Assembly: GCA_041686375.1 (NCBI GenBank)
Contig: JAWLEB010000004.1
Span: forward strand, 45,672 to 109,671
Direction: 5' to 3'
DNA: 64,000 nt
Source of the DNA: Bacteroidales bacterium
Lineage (GTDB): Bacteria > Bacteroidota > Bacteroidia > Bacteroidales > UBA12077
Shown here: one piece after another, positions 47,725 to 57,883 of the stretch
Numbering within the stretch: the stretch's first letter is position 1
Layout of the letters: each line of letters opens with the position of its first letter
Made by a program: the position numbers and the translations under genes
The notes under the pieces: generated by a model
The model's database searches: none
Told to the model about the DNA's origin: nothing
The model's input: only the letters and a program-made list of their open reading frames with translations

Positions 47725-49563
47725 ATGGTGGACAATTATTCTGAAGAGACTATCAGGACATTAGAGTGGAAAGAACACATAAGAAAGCGTCCCGGTATGT
47801 ATATCGGAAAACTGGGCGACGGTTCCTCTCAGGATGATGGTATCTATGTATTGATGAAAGAGGTGATTGACAATTCCATTGATGAATATATGATGGGATT
47901 CGGTAAAAAAATAGAAGTAGAGGTAAAAGACAAAAAAGTCAGCGTAAGAGACTACGGAAGAGGAGTTCCATTGGGTAAAATTAAAGAAGTTGCTTCTAAG
48001 ATGAATACAGGGGCAAAATATGACTCTAAGGTATTTAAAAAGTCGGTTGGTTTAAACGGGGTTGGAATAAAAGCCGTAAATGCTTTGTCCCAATACTTCA
48101 GAATAGAAGCATTTAGAGAACAGCAAACTACAGGCGTGGAGTTTGAGAAAGGCGAAATGATTCAGGAGTATGACACCCATCCTACTGAAGAAAAAAACGG
48201 GACCCTGGTTACATTTTCTCCTGATAATGATCTTTTTGGTGACTACCATTTTATTGAGGAGTATATTGAAAATATGCTTAAAAACTATGCATCCCTCAAT
48301 GCAGGCCTAACTATAGTTTTCAATGGCAATCCGCTTCGTTCGAAAAATGGACTAAAAGACTTGCTGGAAGATAAAATGAGCTCGGAAGGATTATATCCCA
48401 TTATCCATCTTAAAGGTGAAGATATTGAAATTGCCATGACCCACGGAAATCAATATGGAGAAGAGTACTATAGTTTTGTGAATGGCCAGCATACTAATCA
48501 GGGAGGGACACACCTGACTACTTTCAAAGAGGCATTGGTGAAAACACTTCGGGATTTCTACAGAAAAGATTATGAAGCTTCTGACATTCGTACTTCTATA
48601 ATTGCTGCTATAAGTTTAAAAATTGAAGAACCGGTTTTTGAATCTCAGACAAAAACCAAGCTTGGCTCTAAAGAAATGGAACCTGGCGGACGTTCAATAA
48701 GGAATTTTATTGTCGAGTTTGTAAAAACCAAGCTGGACAACTTTCTGCACATGAATCAAGAGACAGCTGATATTTTGCTGAAGAAAATTGTTGCATCGGA
48801 AAAAGAACGCAAGGAAATTAATGGTATCAAAAAGATTGCTAAAAAAAGAGCCAAAAAAGCTAACCTACACAACAGAAAACTCAGAGACTCTAGAGTACAT
48901 TTAAACAGCAGTCATGAAAAAAGAATGGACTCAACCATTTTTATCACTGAAGGTGACTCTGCAAGTGGTTCAATTACCAAAGCGAGAGATGTAAATACTC
49001 AGGCAGTTTTCAGCCTTAAAGGTAAACCGCTTAATACTTATGGACTTACAAAAAAAATCGTATATGAAAACGAAGAGTTTAATCTACTTCAGGCCGCATT
49101 GAACATTGAGGAAGGCATTGAAAACCTTCGTTATAACAATATTGTAATTGCTACAGATGCTGATGTAGATGGCATGCATATACGGTTGTTACTGATTACG
49201 TTTTTTCTTCAGTTTTTCCCCGATTTGATAAAAAATGGTCATCTCTATATTTTACAGACACCATTATTCAGAGTCAGAAATAAAAAACAAACCTTCTATT
49301 GCTATAATGAAGGAGAAAAACAACAAGCAATCAAAAAAATAGGAAAAAATGCTGAAGTAACCCGTTTTAAAGGTCTGGGTGAAATATCGCCTGAAGAATT
49401 CAAGCGTTTTATTCGGGAAGATATTCGTCTTGAGCCGGTAAGACTGCATAAGGATGACATCATAAAACAGTTACTTTCCTTTTATATGGGGAAAAATTCG
49501 CCAGAAAGACAAGATTTTATTGTTGAAAACCTCAGAGTGGAGGAACAATTGGAAGAAGCATAA
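47725..49563 (+). CDS. parE: DNA topoisomerase IV subunit B
   Basis: Start at the internal ATG 47725 ([28 protein letters not shown]). Has a GHKL ATPase, a TOPRIM EGDSA motif and a PLKGK-like SLKGKPLN. Lies directly upstream of the ParC-like gene. Confidence 0.88.
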   Translation: MVDNYSEETIRTLEWKEHIRKRPGMYIGKLGDGSSQDDGIYVLMKEVIDNSIDEYMMGFGKKIEVEVKDKKVSVRDYGRGVPLGKIKEVASKMNTGAKYDSKVFKKSVGLNGVGIKAVNALSQYFRIEAFREQQTTGVEFEKGEMIQEYDTHPTEEKNGTLVTFSPDNDLFGDYHFIEEYIENMLKNYASLNAGLTIVFNGNPLRSKNGLKDLLEDKMSSEGLYPIIHLKGEDIEIAMTHGNQYGEEYYSFVNGQHTNQGGTHLTTFKEALVKTLRDFYRKDYEASDIRTSIIAAISLKIEEPVFESQTKTKLGSKEMEPGGRSIRNFIVEFVKTKLDNFLHMNQETADILLKKIVASEKERKEINGIKKIAKKRAKKANLHNRKLRDSRVHLNSSHEKRMDSTIFITEGDSASGSITKARDVNTQAVFSLKGKPLNTYGLTKKIVYENEEFNLLQAALNIEEGIENLRYNNIVIATDADVDGMHIRLLLITFFLQFFPDLIKNGHLYILQTPLFRVRNKKQTFYCYNEGEKQQAIKKIGKNAEVTRFKGLGEISPEEFKRFIREDIRLEPVRLHKDDIIKQLLSFYMGKNSPERQDFIVENLRVEEQLEEA

Positions 49564-49566
49564 AAA

Positions 49567-52167
49567 TTGGATATGGAAATGGAAGAAAGAGAAAATAAAC
49601 AGCCAGAGGAACAAAAAGATAACCAGAACATAGAATATGACAGCAATGGGGAACCACTCCATCGAATAACCCATTTATCCGGAATGTACAAGGATTGGTT
49701 TTTGGATTATGCTTCATACGTAATCCTTGAAAGAGCGGTTCCTCACCTCAATGATGGTTTAAAACCCGTACAGCGCAGGATTCTTCATACAATGAGAAAG
49801 ATGGACGACGGCCGTTTTATTAAAGTCGCCAATATTATTGGGTACACCATGCAATTTCACCCGCATGGAGATGCCTCTATTGGTGAAGCGCTAATTCAAC
49901 TTGGTCAGAAAAACCTGTTGGTTGAAACACAGGGAAACTGGGGAAATACAATGACCGGTGATAGTTCGGCAGCACCGCGTTATATTGAGGCACGATTATC
50001 CAAATTTGCCCACGACGTTGTTTTTAATCCGAAAACTACAAAATGGAAAACATCATATGACGGCAGAAACCAGGAACCAATAACCCTGCCGGTTAAATTT
50101 CCTTTATTACTTGCTCAAGGTGTGGAGGGTATTGCGGTTGGACTGGCATCCAAAATTTTACCTCATAATTTTAATGAATTAATAGACAGCGCGATTGCTT
50201 ATCTCCAGGGAAAAGCGTTTAAGTTATATCCGGATTTTCCAACTGGCGGAATTGCTGATTTTTCTAGATACAACGATGGCAAACGCGGAGGACAGGTAAA
50301 AGTAAGGGCGAAAATCGAAAAATATGACAAAGGAACCCTGGCTATAACGGAAATACCCTACGGAAAAACAACAAATTCGCTCATCGATTCAATACTCAAG
50401 GCAAACGATAAAGGAAAAATTAAAGTCAAAAAGATTGATGATAACACGGCTGAAAATGTCGAAATTCTAATTCACCTAGCCAACGGAATTTCCCTGGATA
50501 AAACCATTGATGCACTCTATGCCTTCACCGACTGTGAAATTTCTATCTCACCAAATGCCTGTGTAATAGAAGAATACAGACCACGTTTTCTCGGTGTTGA
50601 TAAGATGCTGAAAATATCCACTGAAAAAACGCGTGATTTGCTAAAACAGGAACTGGAAATAAAGCTTGCCGAGTTGAAAGAAGCCTGGCATATGTCATCC
50701 CTTGAAAAAATCTTTATTGAAAATAAAATCTATAATCACATAGAAGATTGTGAAACATGGGAAGAGATAATTGAAACCATTGACAAAAAGTTAGATCCGT
50801 TTAAGAATTTGTTGATACAGGAAGTAACAAGAGAAGAGATCATTAAACTCACCGAAATTAAAATTAAAAGGATCTCCAAATACGATTCTAAAAAGGCTGA
50901 CGAGTATATCCGAAGCATCGAAGATGAAATAGAAGAGGTAAAGAGAAAACTGGATAACCTCACAAATTATACCATTGAATACTTTAAGAATATTAAGAAA
51001 AAATACGGAAAAGGCAGAGAACGAAAAACTGAAATCAGAAATCTGGAATCAATAGAAGCCACAAAGGTAGTTGTAGCTAATGAGAAGCTTTATGTGAACA
51101 GAAAAGAAGGCTTTATAGGGACAGGTTTAAAGAAAGATGAATATGTCTGTGACTGCTCTGATATTGATGAAATAATTGTTTTCAGGAAAAACGGAAAATA
51201 CATTATCACTAAAGCTGATGATAAAGTATTTGTCGGTAAAGATATTGAGCACTTGAGGGTATTCAAAAGGAATGATGAACGTACCATATACAATCTTTTA
51301 TACAGGGATGGACTCAATGGAAAAATTATGATGAAGCGATGTCCTATCTCAGGAATTACAAGAGACCGGGAATATGATCTCACCAAAGGAACACCCGGCT
51401 CGAAAATTCTGTATTTAAGCGCTAATCCCAATGGTGAGGCAGAAACTCTGAAGGTTTATCTGCATCCCAAACCACGTTTGAAAAAACGTATCTTAGAACT
51501 TGATTTTAGTGAGTTGGCAATAAAAGGCAGAAATGCACAAGGAAATATCTTTACACCACATGCCGTACACAAAGTAGTAGTGAAAGAGAAAGGAACATCA
51601 ACTCTGGGTGGCAAACACATATGGTTTGACCATGAAATACTGAGATTGACCACAGAAGAAAAAGGTCAATATCTGGGCGAATTTTTCAATGGTGATAAGA
51701 TATTAGTCGTAACAAATGACGGTACTTATAAATTCACCAGTTTCGATTTGATGAATCATTATGACGATAACATCAAGCTTATTGAGAAATTTGATGAAGA
51801 CAAAGTATATACAGCTATTTTTCGCGATGGTGAAACCGGATATTATTACACCAAACGATTCCGTTTTGAATATGGCATTAAAGAAATGAGTTTTATTGGC
51901 GAGCATAAGAATTCAAAACTCATTCATCTCTTAGCAGATAAATATCCTCGGATAAAACTGCAATTTGGAGGTAAAAACAAAAAGCGTGAGGATAAAGAAA
52001 TTACCCTTAGTGAATTTATTAAAGAAAAGAGTGTAAAGGCAAAAGGAAAAAGATTGACAGACGGAGAGCTCAAGAAAATTCATATACTGGAGCCTTTACC
52101 CGACCCGGAGGAGGAAAAGGAAGAAGATAAGGAAGATGAAAAATCCCAGATGAGCCTGAATTTTTAA
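49567..52167 (+). CDS. parC: DNA topoisomerase IV subunit A
   Basis: 866 aa. DGLKPVQRRIL is ParC-type, whereas GyrA usually has KPVHRR. HPHGD and AAPRYIE (active-site Tyr) are present. TTG at 49567 or ATG at 49573. Confidence 0.85.
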   Translation: MDMEMEERENKQPEEQKDNQNIEYDSNGEPLHRITHLSGMYKDWFLDYASYVILERAVPHLNDGLKPVQRRILHTMRKMDDGRFIKVANIIGYTMQFHPHGDASIGEALIQLGQKNLLVETQGNWGNTMTGDSSAAPRYIEARLSKFAHDVVFNPKTTKWKTSYDGRNQEPITLPVKFPLLLAQGVEGIAVGLASKILPHNFNELIDSAIAYLQGKAFKLYPDFPTGGIADFSRYNDGKRGGQVKVRAKIEKYDKGTLAITEIPYGKTTNSLIDSILKANDKGKIKVKKIDDNTAENVEILIHLANGISLDKTIDALYAFTDCEISISPNACVIEEYRPRFLGVDKMLKISTEKTRDLLKQELEIKLAELKEAWHMSSLEKIFIENKIYNHIEDCETWEEIIETIDKKLDPFKNLLIQEVTREEIIKLTEIKIKRISKYDSKKADEYIRSIEDEIEEVKRKLDNLTNYTIEYFKNIKKKYGKGRERKTEIRNLESIEATKVVVANEKLYVNRKEGFIGTGLKKDEYVCDCSDIDEIIVFRKNGKYIITKADDKVFVGKDIEHLRVFKRNDERTIYNLLYRDGLNGKIMMKRCPISGITRDREYDLTKGTPGSKILYLSANPNGEAETLKVYLHPKPRLKKRILELDFSELAIKGRNAQGNIFTPHAVHKVVVKEKGTSTLGGKHIWFDHEILRLTTEEKGQYLGEFFNGDKILVVTNDGTYKFTSFDLMNHYDDNIKLIEKFDEDKVYTAIFRDGETGYYYTKRFRFEYGIKEMSFIGEHKNSKLIHLLADKYPRIKLQFGGKNKKREDKEITLSEFIKEKSVKAKGKRLTDGELKKIHILEPLPDPEEEKEEDKEDEKSQMSLNF

Positions 52168-52194
52168 ATATAATTCACTGGAAAAGAGATTAAT

Positions 52195-52704
52195 ATGACA
52201 GTCTTTTTAATTGGTTTTATGGGCAGTGGCAAAACCACTGTGGGGAGAAAACTGGCATCAAAACTCAACATGCAATCCGTTGACCTTGATGATAAAATTG
52301 AAGAGGAAACCGGAATGACAATAGAACAGATATTCAATACCAAAGGAGAGGAATATTTCAGAGACATTGAAAACAAATGTTTAAAAAAGGTTATAAAACA
52401 AAAGAATCTTATTCTGTCAACAGGAGGTGGAACTCCTTGTTATATGGACAATATGCGATTTATGAACCAGCAGGGAGTTACCGTTTATATCAAAATGAAT
52501 TCATATGAATTATACTCAAGATTGATATATAGCAAGACAAACAGGCCGTTACTAAAAAATAAAGAGAAAGCAGAGATGAAGCAATTCATACAAAATAAGC
52601 TAACTGAGAGGAAACCTTACTATGAAAAGGCTCAGTTGATTGTAAAGGGGTTAAACATAAATGTAGGTGAATTAGCAGAGCAAATTAAAAAGAAAATGCA
52701 ATAA
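52195..52704 (+). CDS. aroK: Shikimate kinase
   Basis: 169 aa with Walker A GFMGSGKTTVG, plus DLD and STGGG motifs. Confidence 0.9.
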   Translation: MTVFLIGFMGSGKTTVGRKLASKLNMQSVDLDDKIEEETGMTIEQIFNTKGEEYFRDIENKCLKKVIKQKNLILSTGGGTPCYMDNMRFMNQQGVTVYIKMNSYELYSRLIYSKTNRPLLKNKEKAEMKQFIQNKLTERKPYYEKAQLIVKGLNINVGELAEQIKKKMQ

Positions 52705-52993
52705 ATTGACGTTTAATTAGTATGCAAAGTAGCAACACTGAATATTATTAAGACAATTAAGAAAAATTGTTGATAAAAAGAAAAAAGAAAAATCAAACAA
52801 GGCCAGTTGAAGCAATTTTCAACGTAATCAGCAAATTATCAGTATATAAAGAACAGGGTTGAAAACTTGAGTTAAATGTTAATAAAAGGAAATATTTTGT
52901 CTTTGATGAGATGTTTGCAATTCATAACTTGCATTAGCGTATCCCGACATCAATCATTTTCTAAAACATTAGCTATAAAAAAATAATATAAAT

Positions 52994-55570
52994 ATGTACG
53001 TAAAAGGAAAAGCAACAGACGAAGAAAAACAGGATGGTAAGGCAGAAAATCAGAAGGTTAAGACTTATACTTTCGATGAAGCCTTTAAAAGTTCACTGGA
53101 ATATTTTAAAGGTGATGAACTGGCTGCACGAGTATGGGCAAACAAATATGCGCTAAAGGATTCATACGGGAATCTGTTCGAAAAAAATCCGGATGATATG
53201 CACCGTCGACTGGCAAGAGAAATAGCCAGAATAGAAAACAAATATCCAAGTCCACTTAAAGAAGAAGAGGTCTATCAACTTTTAAAAGATTTTCGGTATA
53301 TTGTTCCACAAGGTGGTCCTATGGCAGGAATTGGCAACGAGTATCAGATCGCCTCTCTTTCCAACTGTTTTGTGATAGGTAACGAAGGTCCTTCTGACTC
53401 CTATGGTGGAATAATGAAAATTGATCAGGAACAGGTGCAATTAATGAAAAGAAGAGGTGGAGTAGGGCATGACCTGTCGCATATTAGACCATCAGGCAGC
53501 CCCGTATTGAATAGTGCATTGACTTCTACTGGCGTTGTTCCTTTTATGGAAAGATTTTCTAATTCAACAAGAGAAGTGGCACAAGATGGCCGACGGGGTG
53601 CACTTATGCTCACAATCTCAATAAAACACCCTGATGCAGAACATTTCATAGATGCAAAAATGGATTCTGGTAAAGTAACAGGGGCAAACGTCTCCGTAAA
53701 AATTGACCACGAATTTATGGATGCTGTAGTAAACAATAAGCCCTATCAGCAAGAATTTCCTGTATACTCCGATAATCCGACGTTTAAGCAAACCATAGAC
53801 GCAAGAAAGTTATGGGACAAAATTGTACATAATGCATGGAAATCTGCTGAACCTGGTGTTTTATTCTGGGATACTGTTATTAATGAATCTGTCGCTGATT
53901 GTTATGCTGATGAAGGATTCCGCACTATTGCAACCAATCCGTGTGGGGAGATTCCCCTTTGCCCGTATGATAGCTGCCGCCTACTGGCCATTAACCTCTA
54001 TAGCTATGTTGAAAATCCCTTTACGGAGAAAGCCCGCTTTAATTTCGATAAATTCAAAAAACACCTTGGTTATGCCCAACGTATCATGGATGATATAATT
54101 GATATAGAAGTTGAAAAGGTCGATGCCATAATTAAAAAAATAGAAAACGACCCGGAAGACTTTGAATTAAAAAGGGTAGAATATAGCCTCTGGCAAAATA
54201 TCAGGAAAAAAGCCATGCAAGGACGACGAACAGGTGTTGGAATTACTGCTGAAGGAGATATGCTCGCCGGATTGGGGCTAAGGTATGGTAGCGAAAATGC
54301 TATTGACTTTTCAGAAGAGATACATAAAACCATAGCTATTGAAGCTTATCGTTCATCCGTAGATATGGCAAAGGACAGAGGTCCTTTCGAAATATTTGAT
54401 GCAGAAAAAGAAAATGACAATCCTCTTATTAATCGGATTAAAAATGAAGACCCGGAAATTTATGAAAATATGAGGAAATACGGACGAAGAAATATTTCTT
54501 TGTTAACCATTGCTCCAACAGGAACAACGAGTCTGATGACACAGACAACATCAGGAATTGAACCTGTGTTTATGCCAGTATACAAAAGACGCAGAAAAGT
54601 AAATCCTAATGACTCCAATGCAAATATTACGTATGTTGATGAAATTGGCGATTCATGGGAAGAATATAATGTATTTCATCACAAATTCATGGATTGGCTT
54701 ACAATGAATGGTTATGAACCGGAAGAGGTAAAAAAATATGATGATGATACAATCGATGAAATCATAAAAAAGTCCCCCTACTATAAAGCTACTTCCAGTG
54801 ATGTAGATTGGGTCAGCAAAGTAAAAATGCAGGGAAGAATACAAAAATGGGTAGACCATTCTATAAGTGTTACCATTAATCTCCCGGAAAAGGCTACTGA
54901 AGAATTGGTAGGAGAATTGTATGTTACTGCATGGGAAAGTGGCTGTAAAGGAGTAACTGTTTACAGAGAAAATTCTCGTTCAGGGGTGCTAATCTCCAAT
55001 AATAAAAAGAAAGGCAGTGATGAGTCCATTAAACGACCCAAAGTACTGGATGCTGAAGTTATACGGTTTAAAAATGAGGAGGAAGATTGGATAGCCTTTG
55101 TAGGAATTAAAGATGGAAGGCCATACGAAATATTTACAGGACTGGCCGATGAAGAAGTGTTACCAATACCCAAATCGGTGAAAAAAGGAAAAATTATAAA
55201 AGTTAAGAAAGAACCCGGCACGAGCCGTTATGATTTTCAATATACTGATAAATTTGGATATGAAAATACATTAGGCGGTATATCCCATATGTTCAACACA
55301 GAATTCTGGAATTATGCCAAATTAATATCCGGTGTGCTTCGCCATGGTATGCCATTGCCTGATGTTGTGAATCTTGTCTCATCACTCAGCTTGAATACAG
55401 AAACCATCAATACATGGAAAAAAGGTGTAGAAAGAGCCCTTAAACGCTATATTCCCGATGGAACAAAGGCACGAAAAGGAACCAGATGTGATAGTTGTGG
55501 AGAAGAAAATCTGATTTACCAGGAAGGCTGCCTTATCTGTCAAAGCTGCGGCTATTCAAAATGTGGATGA
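52994..55570 (+). CDS. nrdJ: Class II (adenosylcobalamin-dependent) ribonucleoside-diphosphate/triphosphate reductase
   Basis: 858 aa with the TNPCGEIPL active-site loop and a C-terminal Cys cluster CDSCG...CLICQSCG. Confidence 0.88.
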   Translation: MYVKGKATDEEKQDGKAENQKVKTYTFDEAFKSSLEYFKGDELAARVWANKYALKDSYGNLFEKNPDDMHRRLAREIARIENKYPSPLKEEEVYQLLKDFRYIVPQGGPMAGIGNEYQIASLSNCFVIGNEGPSDSYGGIMKIDQEQVQLMKRRGGVGHDLSHIRPSGSPVLNSALTSTGVVPFMERFSNSTREVAQDGRRGALMLTISIKHPDAEHFIDAKMDSGKVTGANVSVKIDHEFMDAVVNNKPYQQEFPVYSDNPTFKQTIDARKLWDKIVHNAWKSAEPGVLFWDTVINESVADCYADEGFRTIATNPCGEIPLCPYDSCRLLAINLYSYVENPFTEKARFNFDKFKKHLGYAQRIMDDIIDIEVEKVDAIIKKIENDPEDFELKRVEYSLWQNIRKKAMQGRRTGVGITAEGDMLAGLGLRYGSENAIDFSEEIHKTIAIEAYRSSVDMAKDRGPFEIFDAEKENDNPLINRIKNEDPEIYENMRKYGRRNISLLTIAPTGTTSLMTQTTSGIEPVFMPVYKRRRKVNPNDSNANITYVDEIGDSWEEYNVFHHKFMDWLTMNGYEPEEVKKYDDDTIDEIIKKSPYYKATSSDVDWVSKVKMQGRIQKWVDHSISVTINLPEKATEELVGELYVTAWESGCKGVTVYRENSRSGVLISNNKKKGSDESIKRPKVLDAEVIRFKNEEEDWIAFVGIKDGRPYEIFTGLADEEVLPIPKSVKKGKIIKVKKEPGTSRYDFQYTDKFGYENTLGGISHMFNTEFWNYAKLISGVLRHGMPLPDVVNLVSSLSLNTETINTWKKGVERALKRYIPDGTKARKGTRCDSCGEENLIYQEGCLICQSCGYSKCG

Positions 55571-55597
55571 TGCGTAGATTATAAAAATGTATTAATT

Positions 55598-55635
55598 AAA
55601 GCGCCTGCAGATATTTATTGCAGGCGCTTTAATTT
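55598..55635 (+). terminator. Rho-independent terminator after nrdJ
   Basis: aaagcgcctgca / tgcaggcgcttt form a 12-bp perfect stem, followed by aatttgtt. Confidence 0.8.
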
Positions 55636-55823
55636 GTTATGACGCTTAAGCGTAATCCTAATTTCTGTTTTTAGGTGGAAGTACATATATTAAACTTATT
55701 ATTAACATAACTGGTTATTCCTGAAATTTTTGAATATTCTTTTCTTTTTCTAATTTTACTCCGAATTTGCTTTTGCATTTGTTATAAGTACCAATAGAGC
55801 ATTAATACTGAAAGTTTAATCTG

Positions 55824-57410
55824 ATGGATTTCCTGAGCCAAACACATGTCGTCTTTTTTATCATTATTGCCGCTGGTATTGCCCTTGGCAGGATAAAAGT
55901 AAAGGGTATATCGCTTGATATTTCAGCGGTGATATTTGTTGCTTTGATTTTTGGACACTATGGATTTCATGTACCGGCAATTTTTCAAAAGATTGGACTT
56001 ATTCTTTTTATGTTTTCCGTGGGTATTCAGGCAGGCCCCGGGTTTTTTGACTCGTTTAAAAAAACAGGGAAAATTTTGATTTCGCTTGCCTTTTTAATCA
56101 TTATAATTGCGAGCCTGCTAACTGTACTATTGTCATACATTTGGGATATTCATTCTCGCCTGGCTGTTGGACTATTTACCGGAGCCCTGACAAGTACTTC
56201 AGGTTTGGCGGCTGCGATTGAGAGCACACAGTCTTCGATGTCTTCCATAGGCTTTGGTATTGCATATCCTTTTGGTGTGATTGGGGTTATTCTTTTTGCC
56301 CGATTGTCTCCAAAGATTTTTAAAGTGAATATCAAAGAGGAAGAAGAGAAGTATCAGAGAGAAATTCAATCTGACCATCCTGACTTGATAACAAAGAATT
56401 ACCTTGTTGAAAACCCCAGAATTTTTGGTAACACTTTGAACGATCTGCATCTCCGATCCATGACAAATACGAATATTTCCCGGGTCATCAAGGATGGAGA
56501 AGTATTGCAGGCTGATGGTTCAACTGTTTTGCATAAAGGTGATATTTTAAGGGCTGTTGGTACTGCTGAAGATCTGAACCAGCTAAAATATATTATTGGT
56601 AAAGAAATAGAGGTAGAAATCCCGCTAAAAAGCAGGCTGGTAGTCAGAAAATTTCTGGTAACCAATAAATATGTTATTAATAAATCTTTAAAAGAATTGG
56701 GATTATTGGTACAGTATAATGCTACAGCAACAGGGATACGAAGAAGTGGAATTGATATTATACCAAGGGCTAATAGCAAATTGAGGTTTGGAGATAAAAT
56801 TGCTGTAACCCTGCCCGAAGATAATGTGAAGGAGCTTGGGAAGCTTTTTGGAGATAGCCGCAAAAAGATGGATGAATTGAACTTTTTGCCTATTGCCCTG
56901 GGAATACTGATAGGAATTATATTAGGTGAACTAACCATTCCTTTGGCTGGTGGAATTGAGTTTAAACTGGGATTGACTGGCGGTGTTTTGATTTCTGCTC
57001 TTGTATTAAGTAAGATCGGAAAAACAGGAAATATTGTCTGGAATGTTTCAGGGACCACCAATCAGTTTTTACGTAAACTGGGTTTGGTATTTTTCCTGGC
57101 AGCCGTTGGAACCAGCGCCGGAGAGCATTTGGTTGCAACAATCCAGGAAAGCGGTATTAAATTCTTAATTTCAGGCCTTATAATTACCTTGGTTCCTATG
57201 ATTCTTTCTATAAGCATCGGGTTTTATTTTTTTAAAATTAATTTTTTAACACTGATAGGGGCTTTAACAGGAAGTATGACCAGCACCCCTGCGCTTAGTG
57301 CTGTTGAACCAATGACAGACAGCAATGCTCCACAAGTAGCTTATGCTACGGTGTATCCTTTTGCTCTTGTACTTTTGATAATCGCCAGTCAATTGTTAGG
57401 GAAATTATAG
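55824..57410 (+). CDS. YidE/YbjL-type putative transporter (AAE family) with two central RCK_C/TrkA-C domains
   Basis: 528 aa. Two multi-TM halves flank a cytoplasmic region with two TrkA-C-like repeats (GNTLNDLHLR...ISRVIKDGE; NKSLKELGL...GIRRSG). Confidence 0.8.
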   Translation: MDFLSQTHVVFFIIIAAGIALGRIKVKGISLDISAVIFVALIFGHYGFHVPAIFQKIGLILFMFSVGIQAGPGFFDSFKKTGKILISLAFLIIIIASLLTVLLSYIWDIHSRLAVGLFTGALTSTSGLAAAIESTQSSMSSIGFGIAYPFGVIGVILFARLSPKIFKVNIKEEEEKYQREIQSDHPDLITKNYLVENPRIFGNTLNDLHLRSMTNTNISRVIKDGEVLQADGSTVLHKGDILRAVGTAEDLNQLKYIIGKEIEVEIPLKSRLVVRKFLVTNKYVINKSLKELGLLVQYNATATGIRRSGIDIIPRANSKLRFGDKIAVTLPEDNVKELGKLFGDSRKKMDELNFLPIALGILIGIILGELTIPLAGGIEFKLGLTGGVLISALVLSKIGKTGNIVWNVSGTTNQFLRKLGLVFFLAAVGTSAGEHLVATIQESGIKFLISGLIITLVPMILSISIGFYFFKINFLTLIGALTGSMTSTPALSAVEPMTDSNAPQVAYATVYPFALVLLIIASQLLGKL

Positions 57411-57439
57411 TAAGTAGCTTTTTAATTTGTCTGTAATAT

Positions 57440-57826
57440 ATGGAATGGCTTTTGAAAACTGCCGATATTTTTTTTCTGGTTTTTCATACCGTCCTTACCC
57501 TTTTTAATTTTTTAGGATGGATATGGAAGAAAACCAGGAAAATAAACCTGATTACTTTAAGTCTGACAGGGGCTTCCTGGTTTATTCTTGGTTTGTTCTA
57601 TGGTATTGGCTATTGTCCCTTAACGGACTGGCATTTTCAGGTTTTGCATGAGCTTGGGCATTATGATCTTCCTTCTTCGTATATTCAATACCTGGTGGAG
57701 CGGCTTATTGGATTGAAAGTACAGGCTGACATAGTTGATTTGGCAACAGCTGTGGGTTTTTTCATTGCACTCGTGCTTTCCATTGTTTTTAATCTTAGAG
57801 ACAGAAAAAGAAAAGGCATCCGTTGA
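57440..57826 (+). CDS. DUF2784 family membrane protein
   Basis: 128 aa with FHTVLTLFNFLGWIW and CPLTDWH motifs typical of DUF2784. Confidence 0.65.
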   Translation: MEWLLKTADIFFLVFHTVLTLFNFLGWIWKKTRKINLITLSLTGASWFILGLFYGIGYCPLTDWHFQVLHELGHYDLPSSYIQYLVERLIGLKVQADIVDLATAVGFFIALVLSIVFNLRDRKRKGIR

Positions 57827-57842
57827 AATATTGTTGGATGCC
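57815..57842. terminator. Hairpin overlapping the stop codon, between convergent genes
   Basis: ggcatcc / ggatgcc form a 7-bp stem with a 14-nt loop. Confidence 0.45.
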
Positions 57843-57883
57843 TCTTGCAGAATTGTTTTATGAGTTAGAGCCTCTTATGTAAA

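Noticed and set aside
52705-52993. Possible cobalamin riboswitch or NrdR boxes in the 289-bp leader of the class II RNR gene
   Set aside because: I found no B12-box-like GCCACUG or AGYCMGGAGACC element and no paired NrdR-box palindromes. The region is simply A-rich.
56399-57061. 220-aa antisense ORF, and similar long antisense ORFs at 6685-7206, 19521-19940, 23177-23578 and 32946-33323
   Set aside because: Each lies entirely inside and opposite a gene with strong family motifs. Their low-complexity Ser/Leu/Phe-rich translations are typical shadow ORFs.
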